64,000 nucleotides of DNA, from NCBI GenBank assembly GCA_963721165.1, contig CAVRIE010000009.1, positions 19,800-83,799 of the forward strand, written 5' to 3'. A program made the position numbers and the translations under genes. Within the stretch, counting starts at the first letter, position 1; the number at the start of each line of letters is the position of its first letter. Positions 50,399 through 59,963 of this stretch are shown one piece after another. Source of the stretch: an uncultured Actinomycetota bacterium. GTDB lineage: Bacteria; Actinomycetota; Actinomycetes; Propionibacteriales; Nocardioidaceae. Under the pieces are notes generated by a model. The model had not been told where the DNA came from. It ran no database searches and saw nothing but the letters and a program-made list of their open reading frames with translations.

Positions 50399-51352
50399 TC
50401 AGCGGCACTCCGCGGTGTCTGCGGGCACGGCCGGGACCGGTCCGGCGGCGGCCTCGGGCCCGGCAGCCGCCGTACGCCGGACCCGCCCCTTCTTGCGGGT
50501 CAGCGCCACGCCGGCCAGGCACAGCGCGCCACCGACGAAGGCCAGCGCCGGAGGCACCTCGCCGAGGAACAGCCACCCGAGGAGCACCGTGATGGGCGGC
50601 ACGAGGTAGGTCGTCACGCCGAGGCTCGAGGCGTTCATGTGGGTGAGCGCGTAGGCCCACGTGGTGAACGCGATCGCGGTGGGGAACACGCCGAGGTAGA
50701 CCACCCACCACAGGGAGGCCGCGGGTGCGGTGCTCGCGGCTTCCACCAGCTGGCCCGCGAACGGCAGACACGCCACCGCGCCGACCGTGCACGCGACCCA
50801 GGTCACCTGGATCGCGGGAAGCCTGCCCATGACCGGCTTCTGGACGATCATGCTGATGCTGTACGCCAGCGCGGCGAGCAGGGCGAGTGCGACCCCCACC
50901 CAGTCGCGGTCGGCGCCACCGCCGGACGTTGCGAGCGCGATGACGACCACTCCCGCGAACGCGATCGCGAGCCCCGGTCCGGCGTACACCGAAGGGCGCT
51001 CGTGCAGGAACAGCACCGCGAGCACGGTCATCAGGATCGGCGCGAACTGGATCAGGATGCTGGCGGTGCCGGCGTCGATCCGGGTCTCGGCGGCGTTGAG
51101 CGCGATGTTGTAGAGGGCGTACCAGAGCAGCCCGATCGCGACCAGCCGCGGCCAGTCCGCCCGGGACGGCCACGGCGGCCGCCGTACGGACATCAGTACG
51201 CCGAGGCAGACGCTGCCGACGAGGAGGCGCCCCAGGGAGAGCGCTCCGGGCGTGACGTCGGGGCCGAGGTGACGGATCGCCACGAAGGCGGACGCCCAGA
51301 AGAACAGGGTGACGGCGACGGCCGACAGCGGCAGGAGACGGGAGCGAGGCAC
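50399..51352 (-). CDS. DMT/EamA-family transporter
   Basis: Ten TM in two EamA repeats; WASAFVAIR, LFLHER, LFLGE. Confidence 0.9.
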   Translation of the reverse strand: MPRSRLLPLSAVAVTLFFWASAFVAIRHLGPDVTPGALSLGRLLVGSVCLGVLMSVRRPPWPSRADWPRLVAIGLLWYALYNIALNAAETRIDAGTASILIQFAPILMTVLAVLFLHERPSVYAGPGLAIAFAGVVVIALATSGGGADRDWVGVALALLAALAYSISMIVQKPVMGRLPAIQVTWVACTVGAVACLPFAGQLVEAASTAPAASLWWVVYLGVFPTAIAFTTWAYALTHMNASSLGVTTYLVPPITVLLGWLFLGEVPPALAFVGGALCLAGVALTRKKGRVRRTAAAGPEAAAGPVPAVPADTAECR

Positions 51353-51395
51353 GAGTTCGAGCCTAGGACGGCGCCGGGGAACCGCCTAGCGGGTT

Positions 51396-52073
51396 TCAGA
51401 CCTCCAGCTTGTAGCCGAGGCCCCGCACGGTGATGAGGTACTTCGGCGACGCGGGGTCCGGCTCGATCTTGGCGCGCAGGCGCTTCACGTGTACGTCGAG
51501 CGTCTTCGTGTCGCCGACGTAGTCCGAACCCCACACCCGGTCGATCAGCTGCCCGCGGGTGAGCACCCGGCCCGGGTTGCGCAGGAACATCTCGAGGAGC
51601 TCGAACTCCTTCAGCGGCAGCTTGGTGTCCTCGCCCCCGACCGTCACCACGTGCCGCTCGACGTCCATCCGCACCGGCCCCGCCTCGAGGGTCGCCGGGG
51701 CGAGCTCAGGCTCGGTGCCCCGCCGCAGCACAGCGCGGATCCGCGCCACGAGCTCGCGAGGGGAGTACGGCTTGGTGACGTAGTCGTCGGCGCCGAGCTC
51801 GAGCCCGACCACCTTGTCGACCTCGCTGTCCTTGGCGCTGACCATGATCACCGGCACGTTCGAGGTCTGCCGGATCACCCGGCACACCTCGGTCCCGGGC
51901 ATGCCAGGGAGCATCAGGTCGAGCAGCACGATGTCCGCGCCCGTCCGGTCGAACTCCGCGATCGCGTCGGGACCCGTGGCGGCGAGGCCGACCTCGAACC
52001 CCTCCTTGCGAAGCATGTACGCCAGGGCCTCGCTGTAGCTCTCTTCATCCTCGACGACGAGTACCCGTGTCAC
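51396..52073 (-). CDS. regX3: OmpR-family response regulator RegX3
   Basis: VLVVEDEESY, LLDLMLPG, GADDYVTKPYS, VWGSDYVGDTKTLDVHVKRLR. Confidence 0.92.
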   Translation of the reverse strand: MTRVLVVEDEESYSEALAYMLRKEGFEVGLAATGPDAIAEFDRTGADIVLLDLMLPGMPGTEVCRVIRQTSNVPVIMVSAKDSEVDKVVGLELGADDYVTKPYSPRELVARIRAVLRRGTEPELAPATLEAGPVRMDVERHVVTVGGEDTKLPLKEFELLEMFLRNPGRVLTRGQLIDRVWGSDYVGDTKTLDVHVKRLRAKIEPDPASPKYLITVRGLGYKLEV

Positions 52074-52114
52074 GGGCTTGCCTCCTGCTGGCTGTGTTGG
52101 TCACTGTGGTCTGG

Positions 52115-53311
52115 TCACTGGGTCGGTCGGGCCCGCGGCCCGGCTGGTCGTGATGGTTCTGGGTTCTGGGGGTACGACGCCGGGCTGCTCGTGCTCGCCC
52201 GGCGGGGCAGGGTCAACGTGAACGACGACCCCTCCCCGGGGGAGGACCAGACCCGGACCTCACCGCCGTGGGACGCCGCCACGTGCTTGACGATCGACAG
52301 TCCGAGACCGGTGCCTCCCGTGGAGCGGTGACGTGCAGGGTCGACCCGGTAGAACCGCTCGAAGATCCGGTCCAGCTCAGCGGCCGGGATGCCGATGCCC
52401 TGGTCGGTCACCGTGATCTCGACCATCTGGTCCGCCGCCTTGGCCGCCACCACGACATTGGAGCCGTCGGGCGAGTAGGCGACCGCGTTGGCCACGAGGT
52501 TCCCCACGGCGAGCGCGATCTGGTCGGCGCTGCCGAGCGCCTCGAGGCCGAGGTCGCCGTGCTGCACCACGGAGATGTGCTTGGTGGTGGCGTCGATGGA
52601 GCTCGCGTCGATGGCACGCGCCACGATGTCGTCCACGTCCACCGTCGAGGGCGCCTCGAGCGGCTCGTCGCCCTGGAGCCGGGACAGCTCGATGATCTGC
52701 TGCACCAGCCGGCCGAGGCGCTCGCTCTCCTTCTGCATGCGGTCCGCGAAGCGCTTGACCGCGGCAGGGTCGTCGGAGGCCTCGCGCACGGCCTCGGCGA
52801 GGAGGTTGATCGCGCCGACCGGGGTCTTGAGCTCGTGGGAGACGTTCGCGACGAAGTCCCGCCGGATCGCCTCGACACGGCGTTCGCGGGTGCGGTCCTC
52901 CACGAGGGCGAGGACGAGGCGTGAGCTGAGCGGCGCCACCCGGGCCGTGACGTGGACCGGCGGGTGCCCCCCGCGCTGGGTCAGGGTGAACTCCGTCTCC
53001 CGGATCTGCCCGTCGCGGCGTACCTGCCGCACCAGGTCGGCCAGCTCGTCGACCGCGAGCTCCTTGCCGCGGACCAGCCCCAGGGCATGGGCCGGCGCCG
53101 AGGCCTTGAGCACCTCGTCGTTCTCGTTGACGACGAGCGCACTGCTGCGCAGGACGCTGAGGACGGTGGCCACCCCGGCCGGAACAGCCGGCTCCTCGTG
53201 CGGCGGGATCCGGAGCCGTTGCTGCTCGCTGACCCTCCAGGCGAGGACGACGCCTGCGCCCAGCACTGCGCCGAGCAGCGCGAACAGGAGGGCCTGCGTC
53301 GTCGGGTCCAC
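52115..53311 (-). CDS. senX3: Sensor histidine kinase SenX3
   Basis: RRDFVANVSHELKTP, NLVANAVAYS, DQGIGI, RFYRVDPAR, GTGLGLSIVKH. Confidence 0.92.
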   Translation of the reverse strand: MDPTTQALLFALLGAVLGAGVVLAWRVSEQQRLRIPPHEEPAVPAGVATVLSVLRSSALVVNENDEVLKASAPAHALGLVRGKELAVDELADLVRQVRRDGQIRETEFTLTQRGGHPPVHVTARVAPLSSRLVLALVEDRTRERRVEAIRRDFVANVSHELKTPVGAINLLAEAVREASDDPAAVKRFADRMQKESERLGRLVQQIIELSRLQGDEPLEAPSTVDVDDIVARAIDASSIDATTKHISVVQHGDLGLEALGSADQIALAVGNLVANAVAYSPDGSNVVVAAKAADQMVEITVTDQGIGIPAAELDRIFERFYRVDPARHRSTGGTGLGLSIVKHVAASHGGEVRVWSSPGEGSSFTLTLPRRASTSSPASYPQNPEPSRPAGPRARPTQ

Positions 53312-53382
53312 ACCAAGATCGTACGCAGACGCGACGGAGCACCTCGCCGCCCAGCCGTTCCCGCGAGAGGGGTTAGGCGACT

Positions 53383-53404
53383 GTTCACCTCCAGTTCACG
53401 CCCC
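53383..53404 (+). promoter_or_regulatory. PHO-box-like 11-bp direct repeats
   Basis: GTTCACCtcca GTTCACGcccc in the senX3/phoU divergent gap. Confidence 0.75.
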
Positions 53405-53443
53405 TCTCCCATTTGGTCACCCGCTGTCATTACGGTAGGCGGC

Positions 53444-54100
53444 ATGCGGAACGCCTACTACGACCAGCTGGACGCCGTCGTCGACGAGCTCGTGACCATG
53501 ACCCACGAGGTCGGCACGGCCGTCGGCCAGGCCACCAGAGCCCTGCTCGAGGCCGACGCCGAGATCGCCGAGCAGGTGATCTCGCACGACGAGCACATCG
53601 ACTCCGAGCGCGACCGGATCGAGGAGCTGAGCTTCGAGCTGCTCGCCCTGCAGCAGCCGGTGGCCGGCGACCTGCGGATGCTCGTCGCGGCGCTGCGGAT
53701 GGTCTCCGACCTCGAGCGGATGGGCGACCTGTGCGTGCACGTCGCGAAGATCGCGCGCCTGCGAGTGCCGGACGTGGCGATCCCCGACGAGATGCTGCCC
53801 ACCATCAAGCGGATGGCCGAGGTGGCCGAGGAGATGGTCGCCAAGGTCGAGAACGTCATCGCCCACCGTGACGTCGAGGCTGCGATCGAGCTCGAGCGCT
53901 GCGACGAGGAGATGGACCAGCTGCGCCGCTCCTCGTTCCGCCAGATGCTCAGCGACGACTGGGCCCACGGCGTCGAGCCGGCCGTCGACATCGCCCTCCT
54001 CGGGCGCTACTACGAGCGCATCGCCGACCACGCCGTGTCCCTCGCCCGCCGCGTGGTCTTCCTCGTGACCGGAGAGCACCCCGCGGTCATCGACGCCTGA
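53444..54100 (+). CDS. phoU: Phosphate signalling protein PhoU
   Basis: QQPVAGDLR, DLERMGDL, DEEMDQL, YERIADHAV. Confidence 0.95.
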   Translation: MRNAYYDQLDAVVDELVTMTHEVGTAVGQATRALLEADAEIAEQVISHDEHIDSERDRIEELSFELLALQQPVAGDLRMLVAALRMVSDLERMGDLCVHVAKIARLRVPDVAIPDEMLPTIKRMAEVAEEMVAKVENVIAHRDVEAAIELERCDEEMDQLRRSSFRQMLSDDWAHGVEPAVDIALLGRYYERIADHAVSLARRVVFLVTGEHPAVIDA

Positions 54101-54136
54101 CGGTGCAAAGGCGGCCGGCCCTGCGATGATGGGGCC

Positions 54137-54934
54137 ATGGCCGAAGTTCACCAGGCCGCCTCTTCGACGGCGGTCGACTTCGTGTCGGCCTATGCCACTG
54201 CGGCCGCCGAGCTCGTCGAGGCCATCCCGTCCTGCGACATGGCGGCCCGCGTCCCCGCCTGTCCGGGCTGGTCGACGTACGACCTCCTGGTCCACGTCGG
54301 CAACGTCCACGCCTGGGCAGCGACGATCGTGGAGACCGGCCGGGAGGCGCCTGAGCAGGACGACCGGCCCGGGTCGCGCCGCGCGAAGTCGGTCGCGCGG
54401 TGGTACTCCGGCAAGGCCGAGGACCTCTTCCAGGTGCTCCGCGCCGCCCAGCCGGGGGACCCGTGCTGGACCTTCTCGGCCGGCCACTCGACCAAGGCCT
54501 TCTGGCCACGGCGGCAGACCCACGAGACCCTGGTGCACCTCGCGGACCTGCGTCAGGCGGCAGGGCGTACGGCGGACATCCCGGCGCCGTTGGCCGCCGA
54601 CGGGGTCGCCGAGGTGCTCGAGGTGTTCCTGCCGCGGATGCACGCCCGCGGCCGACCCGCCAGGCTGGACGCGCAGGTCCTCCTCCACGCGCACGACACC
54701 GGCGACGCGTGGTTGCTGACCCCCTTCCGCGGGGAAGGCCCACCCTTGGTTCGGCGCATCGGGCTGAGCGGCGGCCCCGACTCGCACGTCCAGGACCTGG
54801 ACCGGGTCAGCGCGCCCGCGGCCGACCTCATGCTGCTGCTCTGGAAGCGACTGCCCGTCGACCACCCCGGACTGACCCTCGACGGCGACCGCGACCACAT
54901 CCTCGCGTTCCTCACCTCCCCGCTCACCCCCTGA
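54137..54934 (+). CDS. Mycothiol-dependent maleylpyruvate isomerase family (DinB/MDMPI)
   Basis: VPACPGWSTYDLLVH, RRQTHETLVH..D, ADGVAE. Confidence 0.85.
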   Translation: MAEVHQAASSTAVDFVSAYATAAAELVEAIPSCDMAARVPACPGWSTYDLLVHVGNVHAWAATIVETGREAPEQDDRPGSRRAKSVARWYSGKAEDLFQVLRAAQPGDPCWTFSAGHSTKAFWPRRQTHETLVHLADLRQAAGRTADIPAPLAADGVAEVLEVFLPRMHARGRPARLDAQVLLHAHDTGDAWLLTPFRGEGPPLVRRIGLSGGPDSHVQDLDRVSAPAADLMLLLWKRLPVDHPGLTLDGDRDHILAFLTSPLTP

Positions 54935-55062
54935 CACTCGCCCCCGCGCCGCCCCCGCCCGGTCGCCCGCCCGCCGCCCGCCCGTCCCCGCCCTGCCCGG
55001 CCCGCCGCCGCGGCCGCCCGCTGGCCCGCATGGCCGCGCCACGGCGACCGCCGCTCTGCCTG

Positions 55063-55143
55063 GCAAGAATCGTGCATGTGCGAGGTTCTTACGGCCGGAC
55101 GGCCGCTGGCGCCGCAAGGATCGTGCACCTGCACGATCCTTGC
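55063..55143. repeat. 51-bp repeat family, left cluster (two minus-strand units + palindrome)
   Basis: gcaagaatcgtgca at 55063, gcaaggatcgtgca-cc-tgcacgatccttgc at 55114-55143. Confidence 0.88.
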
Positions 55144-55184
55144 CGCCCGACTCGCCTGAACCGGCACGCGCCCAGGGGGTCGGG

Positions 55185-55204
55185 CCTGTGGATGACGAGA
55201 TGCG
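55185..55204 (+). promoter_or_regulatory. Motif cctgtggatgacgagatgcg upstream of DUF559 gene 2
   Basis: 18/20 identical to 38601-38620. Confidence 0.65.
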
Positions 55205-55234
55205 CGACGCCGCACCCCTTGGCAACCTCGTCGA

Positions 55235-56189
55235 ATGACCACGTTGAAGGCCTCGTCCGTCGTCCTCGTCACCACGCCTCGAGACTCGCCGACCGTTCAC
55301 ACGCGCCGACGCGCTGGCGGCAGGGATCCCGGCACGAGACCTTCGCGGCTCGAAGTTCCGGCGGATCTTCAACGGCGTCTACATCGACGCGCGCGTGCCC
55401 GACCATCCGCTGATTCGCGCCGAAGCGGCGCTGCTCGTGCATCCCCCGACCGCGTTCGCCAGCCACGTCACGGCTGCGCGGGTGCACGGACTGCCTGTGC
55501 CCACCCACCACGCAGAGCATGTGACGGTGGTGTCAGCCGCCGACCGGAGCAAGCGCGCCGGGATCAAGTGCCACGTCGCCGGCACTGACGACGTCGTCGA
55601 GATCAGCGGTGTCCGTGTCTCCGGACCGCATCGGATGTTCGTCGAGCTCGCGCCCATGTTGTCGTTGGTCGACCTCGTCGTGGTCGGTGATGCTCTGGTG
55701 CGGCTCGGGAAGACCACACCGGCGGCTCTCGCGGCGGCGTGCGAGCGGAGCGACGCGCGGCATGCGACAGAGGCACTTCGCGCGGCCCGCTACGTCCGGA
55801 AGGAGGTCGACTCCCCGATGGAGACCCGGCTGCGCATGCTGATCGTGCTCGCCGGCCTGCCCGAGCCAGAGGTCAACCACAAGATCCGCGACGAGCACGG
55901 ACGGGTGACCCGACGCTTCGACCTGAGCTATCCCAGCGTCCGGCTGATCGTGGAGTACGACGGCCGCCAGCACGTCGAGATCCAGCAGAACTGGACGTCG
56001 GACCTCGAGCGCCGTGAGGAGTTCGACGACTCGGGCTGGCGGATTCTCGTCGTGACGAGCGACGGCATCTACAAGGACCCCGCCAAGACCGTTGCGCGCG
56101 TGCACCGGGCGCTTCGCAGTCAGGGGTGGCGCGGCCTGCCGACACGAACCTCCGACGCCTGGCGCCCCCACTTCCGCGGCCGGAGCTGA
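55235..56189 (+). CDS. DUF559 (Vsr-like) nuclease-domain protein; frameshift near 55280
   Basis: PFTRADALAAG...FRRIFNGVY; DSPMETRLR; RFDLSY...IVEYDGRQH...DLERRE...GWRILVVT. Confidence 0.85.
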
Positions 56190-56236
56190 CCCGCGCTCGG
56201 TCGAGCCGCGGAAGGCGCGGGGCGCCGGGGCGAAAC

Positions 56237-56413
56237 ATCGTGCACGTGCACGATTCTTGCGCCGCGAGCGACCGGATCGGCGTCGAACCTTCGCAGGTGC
56301 ACGATTCTTGCGCGGCGAGCGACCGGATCGGCGTCGAACCTTCGCAGGTGCACGATTCTTGCGCGGCGAGCGACCGGGTCGGCGTCAAACCTTCGCACGT
56401 GCACGATTCTTGC
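56237..56413 (+). repeat. 51-bp repeat family, right cluster: 18-bp palindrome + 3 full units + 1 partial
   Basis: atcgtgcac|gtgcacgat (56237-56254); units start at 56246, 56297, 56348, 56399. Confidence 0.95.
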
Positions 56414-56462
56414 CGCCGGGTGCGGGCCGCCGGGCGCATGCACCCGGCCAGGCCGCGCGGGG

Positions 56463-57221
56463 TCAGCGGCCCTGGTTGGCGACTGCCTGGATCGCCTCGG
56501 CGGCGGCCTCGGGGTCGAGGTACTGGCCGCCACGCTCGAGCGGCCGCATGTGCTGGTCGAGGCGGTACACGAGCGGGATCCCGGTCGGGATGTTGAGACC
56601 CACGACAGCCTCCTCGCTCATGTCGTCGAGGTGCTTGACGAGGGCGCGGAGCGAGTTGCCGTGCGCAGCGACGCAGACCGTCTGGCCGGCGCGGAGGTCG
56701 GGGACGATCGCGTCGTACCAGTAGGGGAGCATCCGCTCCACGACGTTCGCGAGGCACTCGGTGCGCGGCATGATCTCGTCGGGGAGGTCGGCGTAGCGGC
56801 TGTCACCGGTCTGCGACCACTCGTCGTCGTCGTCGATCGGCGGGGGCGGGGTGTCGTACGAGCGGCGCCAGAGCATGAACTGCTCCTCGCCGTACTTCTC
56901 CATCGTCTCCTTCTTGTTCTTGCCCTGCAGCGCGCCGTAGTGCCGCTCGTTGAGGCGCCAGGAGCGCTTCACCGGGATCCAGTGCCGGTCGCACTCGTCG
57001 AGGGCGAGCTGGGCGGTGCCGATCGCCCGGCGCAGCACGGAGGTGTGGAGTACGTCGGGAAGCAGACCCGCCTCGGCGATCAGCGTGCCGCCGCGGATCG
57101 CCTCGGCGCGGCCCTTCTCGGTCAGGGGTACGTCGACCCAGCCGGTGAAGAGGTTCTTCGCGTTCCAATCGCTCTCGCCGTGGCGGAGCAGGACCAGGGT
57201 GTACGGGGCCTCAGCACTCAT
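56463..57221 (-). CDS. gpmA: 2,3-bisphosphoglycerate-dependent phosphoglycerate mutase
   Basis: [55 protein letters not shown]. Confidence 0.96.
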   Translation of the reverse strand: MSAEAPYTLVLLRHGESDWNAKNLFTGWVDVPLTEKGRAEAIRGGTLIAEAGLLPDVLHTSVLRRAIGTAQLALDECDRHWIPVKRSWRLNERHYGALQGKNKKETMEKYGEEQFMLWRRSYDTPPPPIDDDDEWSQTGDSRYADLPDEIMPRTECLANVVERMLPYWYDAIVPDLRAGQTVCVAAHGNSLRALVKHLDDMSEEAVVGLNIPTGIPLVYRLDQHMRPLERGGQYLDPEAAAEAIQAVANQGR

Positions 57222-57263
57222 GGGCGACACACTAGCGCCGGCCCGACCGAGGCCGTTCCAGGG

Positions 57264-57749
57264 TTACGGGAGCGGGACGTCCGCGAAGTCGCCACGGTGT
57301 GCGACGACCGGCACGTCGAGGGTGACGCTCTCGGCGTTCTGGAAGCTGAAGGTGAGCGTGACGAAGGCGCCGGACGTCACGCCCTGGCCCTTGACCGCGA
57401 CCGGGGTCTTCTCGTCGGCGAGCTGCACCGCGCCGCCGGGGGCGATCTTGATCGGGGCCGAGAGCGTGGCGGTGACGCCGGAGTCCTCACCGGAACCGGC
57501 CACCTGGGTCAGGGCGTCGCCCTTCTGCGTGTTGTTCGCCAGGCCCGCGACGAGCGTTCCGCTGCCGTCCTCGCCCGAGACCACCGCTGCGTGGAGTACG
57601 TCGACCTGGCCGCTGCGCTCGTTGACCCCCACGCCTGGGTTGTACACCCGGTCAGTGGGCTGGTTCAGGCCGCACGCGGACAGCATCGGAGCGAGCACGA
57701 GGGCTGCGACAGCGATGCTGCGACGAAGGGTGACGTTCACGTTCTCCAC
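57264..57749 (-). CDS. Lipoprotein (LpqE-like)
   Basis: Lipobox LSAC; TFSFQNAESVTLDVPV; position near carD. Confidence 0.7.
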   Translation of the reverse strand: MENVNVTLRRSIAVAALVLAPMLSACGLNQPTDRVYNPGVGVNERSGQVDVLHAAVVSGEDGSGTLVAGLANNTQKGDALTQVAGSGEDSGVTATLSAPIKIAPGGAVQLADEKTPVAVKGQGVTSGAFVTLTFSFQNAESVTLDVPVVAHRGDFADVPLP

Positions 57750-57859
57750 GGTTCCTCTCGGTGGACCCGCGCACGGGGCGGGAGCGACCAGTTCGGACGA
57801 TGCGGCTCAGCGAGGGCGCTGTGGCGCCCAGGACCGCAAAACAGCCAGGAGTCTAGCGT

Positions 57860-58577
57860 TTATTGACCGATCCCCACCGTGAGCCCTGCCACGAAGATGC
57901 CTGCGGCGACGAGCGCGGTGTAGGTCACGGAGATCCACAGCAGGGCCGGGGCGCCGATCTTGAGCGCGATGCGCAGCGGCAGGTGCCGGACGCCGGTCTC
58001 GTTGTCCTGAACGAGGTCCGGGAGGGTGTTGAGGAAGTGGATGCCGATGCCCAGCAGGGCGGCCAGGACGGTCATCGCCCAGGTCGGCGGGGACCCGTGC
58101 ATGCCGCCGCCGAGCCCGCCGTACGACAGGAACGCCGGGAGCAGGCCGAACGACACGATGTAGGGGAGCGGGGAGAGCACCGACTTCTTGAACCACAGGT
58201 TGTAGAGCCACGCGGAGGCGACCGCGCCCAGGTGCGCGAGGCCGGCGTAGGTGCCGTTGGCGATCGAGAGCGGGATCACCGCGAGCACGGCCACGGCGAT
58301 GGCGAACGTCACGGTGCCGGGGTCGATCCAGCCCATCGCGACGGGCTTGTCGAGGCGGCCGACCTCACGGTCCCGGTCGCGGTCGACGACGTCGTTGAGC
58401 CAGCCGACGGTGAGCTGGCCGGTCAGGACGGTGGCCGCCACCAGGCCCACCTCGAGGAGGTGGACGGCCGGTGAGAGCGGCAGCGGCGGAGAGGCCGACG
58501 GTCATGGCCAGGGTGGGCAGCGGATGGCTGGACAGGACGAGGGACAGGGTCGTGCCCCGCTGCTTCCTGAACTTCAT
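57860..58577 (-). CDS. UbiA-family prenyltransferase; frameshift near 58455
   Basis: WLNDVVDRDRD...DKP, HFLNTLPDLVQD; multi-TM; N-terminus SHPLPT in ORF 58365..58577. Confidence 0.85.
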
Positions 58578-58811
58578 GGCTCGCAGTATCGACCACCCGG
58601 CCGGTCGATGGGTGGACCACCCCGCGATTCGCAGGGAAACACAGGGGATTCGGTCGGTTCGTCATGTCCGGTAGTCGGGTGCCGAGGCCCCGCGACGCAC
58701 ACGAATCGGTCATCTGTCAAGCCCCGATTTGGCCTCTGACCTGCGCAAACGCCAAAAGGGCCGGCTCGGATGACGTGTTAGACTAGTCACCTAGGAAGGG
58801 GTACTTGGCAC

Positions 58812-59297
58812 ATGACATTTACCGTCGGCGAAACGGTTGTTTATCCAAATCACGGGGCCGCAGTAATCGAGGACATCGAGACCCGCCAGATCAAGGGAGA
58901 GGACCGTCAGTACCTCGTACTACGGATCGTCGCCCAGCAGGATCTGGTCGTCCGAGTCCCTGCTTGCAACCTGGATCTCGTAGGTGTGCGGGACGTAGTC
59001 GACAAGGAGGGTCTGGACCGAGTCTTCGAGGTGCTGCGCGCGGCGCACACCGAGGAGCCGACCAACTGGTCGCGTCGGTACAAGGCCAACCTCGAGAAGC
59101 TGCACTCCGGTGACGTGATGAAGGTTGCCGAGGTCGTCCGTGACCTGTGGCGCCGCGAGCGTGACCGCGGCCTCTCCGCCGGCGAGAAGCGGATGCTGGC
59201 GAAGGCTCGCCAGATCCTCGTCTCCGAGCTCGCGCTCGCCGAGCGCACCAACGAGGACAAGGCCGAGGCCCTCCTCGACGAGGTTCTCGCCTCCTAG
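58812..59297 (+). CDS. carD: RNA polymerase-binding transcription factor CarD
   Basis: [42 protein letters not shown]. Confidence 0.96.
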   Translation: MTFTVGETVVYPNHGAAVIEDIETRQIKGEDRQYLVLRIVAQQDLVVRVPACNLDLVGVRDVVDKEGLDRVFEVLRAAHTEEPTNWSRRYKANLEKLHSGDVMKVAEVVRDLWRRERDRGLSAGEKRMLAKARQILVSELALAERTNEDKAEALLDEVLAS

Positions 59298-59314
59298 AGA
59301 GACAGCGCTCATCC

Positions 59315-59349
59315 GAAGGCCCCCGGGACACGCCGTCCCGGGGGCCTTC
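59315..59349 (+). terminator. Hairpin after carD
   Basis: gaaggcccccgggac-acgcc-gtcccgggggccttc, 15-bp stem. Confidence 0.75.
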
Positions 59350-59365
59350 GTGGTCTGATGGGCCG

Positions 59366-59959
59366 GTGAGCCACTACGACGACGGCCCCGGGCCGGCCAG
59401 GCCGATGGGCCAGGTCCCCACGACCGGCCGCGGCTCGATGCCCTTCGCGATGCTCGACGGGGAGCCGCTCGTCGCACTCGCGTCGTTCGCGCTGGAGGAC
59501 GCCGGCGTCGAGCTCGTCGACTTCAACGTCCACCTCGCGGATCTCCACGACCGGCACCGGCCGCTCGTGCTCCACGACCCGCTGTGTCCGCTCACCCCGG
59601 TCGACTTCCTCCGCGAGGCCGTCGAGGTCGCGGTGGACGACGACGTCGTGGTGGTCGGTGTGCTCCCGGTCACGGACACGATCAAGTCCGTGCACGCCGG
59701 CGTGGTCGGCGAGACGGTCGACCGCGAGGCGCTGTGGACGCTCGCCTCGCCCGTCGTACTCCCCGCTTCGGCGGTCGCCGAGCTCGAGGGCTGGCCGGAC
59801 GCCGACGACCTACCCGCACTGGTGACCCGGCTGCGCGAGCGGTTCGAGGTCCGGTTCGTCGAGGCTCCCGCGCTGGGCCGACGAGTCGAGGACGAGTCGT
59901 CGCTCGCACTGCTCGAGGCGCTGGCAGCCGAGCAGGCCGGCCAGACGGCCGAGGCGTGA
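59366..59959 (+). CDS. Degenerate IspD-like cytidylyltransferase paralogue
   Basis: VLHDPLCP, LPVTDTIK, TVDREALW retained; LAAGxGxR, QTPQ and KIT motifs absent. Confidence 0.65.
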   Translation: MSHYDDGPGPARPMGQVPTTGRGSMPFAMLDGEPLVALASFALEDAGVELVDFNVHLADLHDRHRPLVLHDPLCPLTPVDFLREAVEVAVDDDVVVVGVLPVTDTIKSVHAGVVGETVDREALWTLASPVVLPASAVAELEGWPDADDLPALVTRLRERFEVRFVEAPALGRRVEDESSLALLEALAAEQAGQTAEA

Positions 59960-59963
59960 GTCC

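Noticed and set aside
56237-56413. CRISPR array
   Set aside because: Whole 51-bp units are near-identical, with no unique spacers and no cas genes; this is a tandem repeat.
58730-58752. ctctgacctgcgcaaac motif upstream of carD as a regulatory or recombination site
   Set aside because: Single occurrence in the window and no assignable function from sequence alone.
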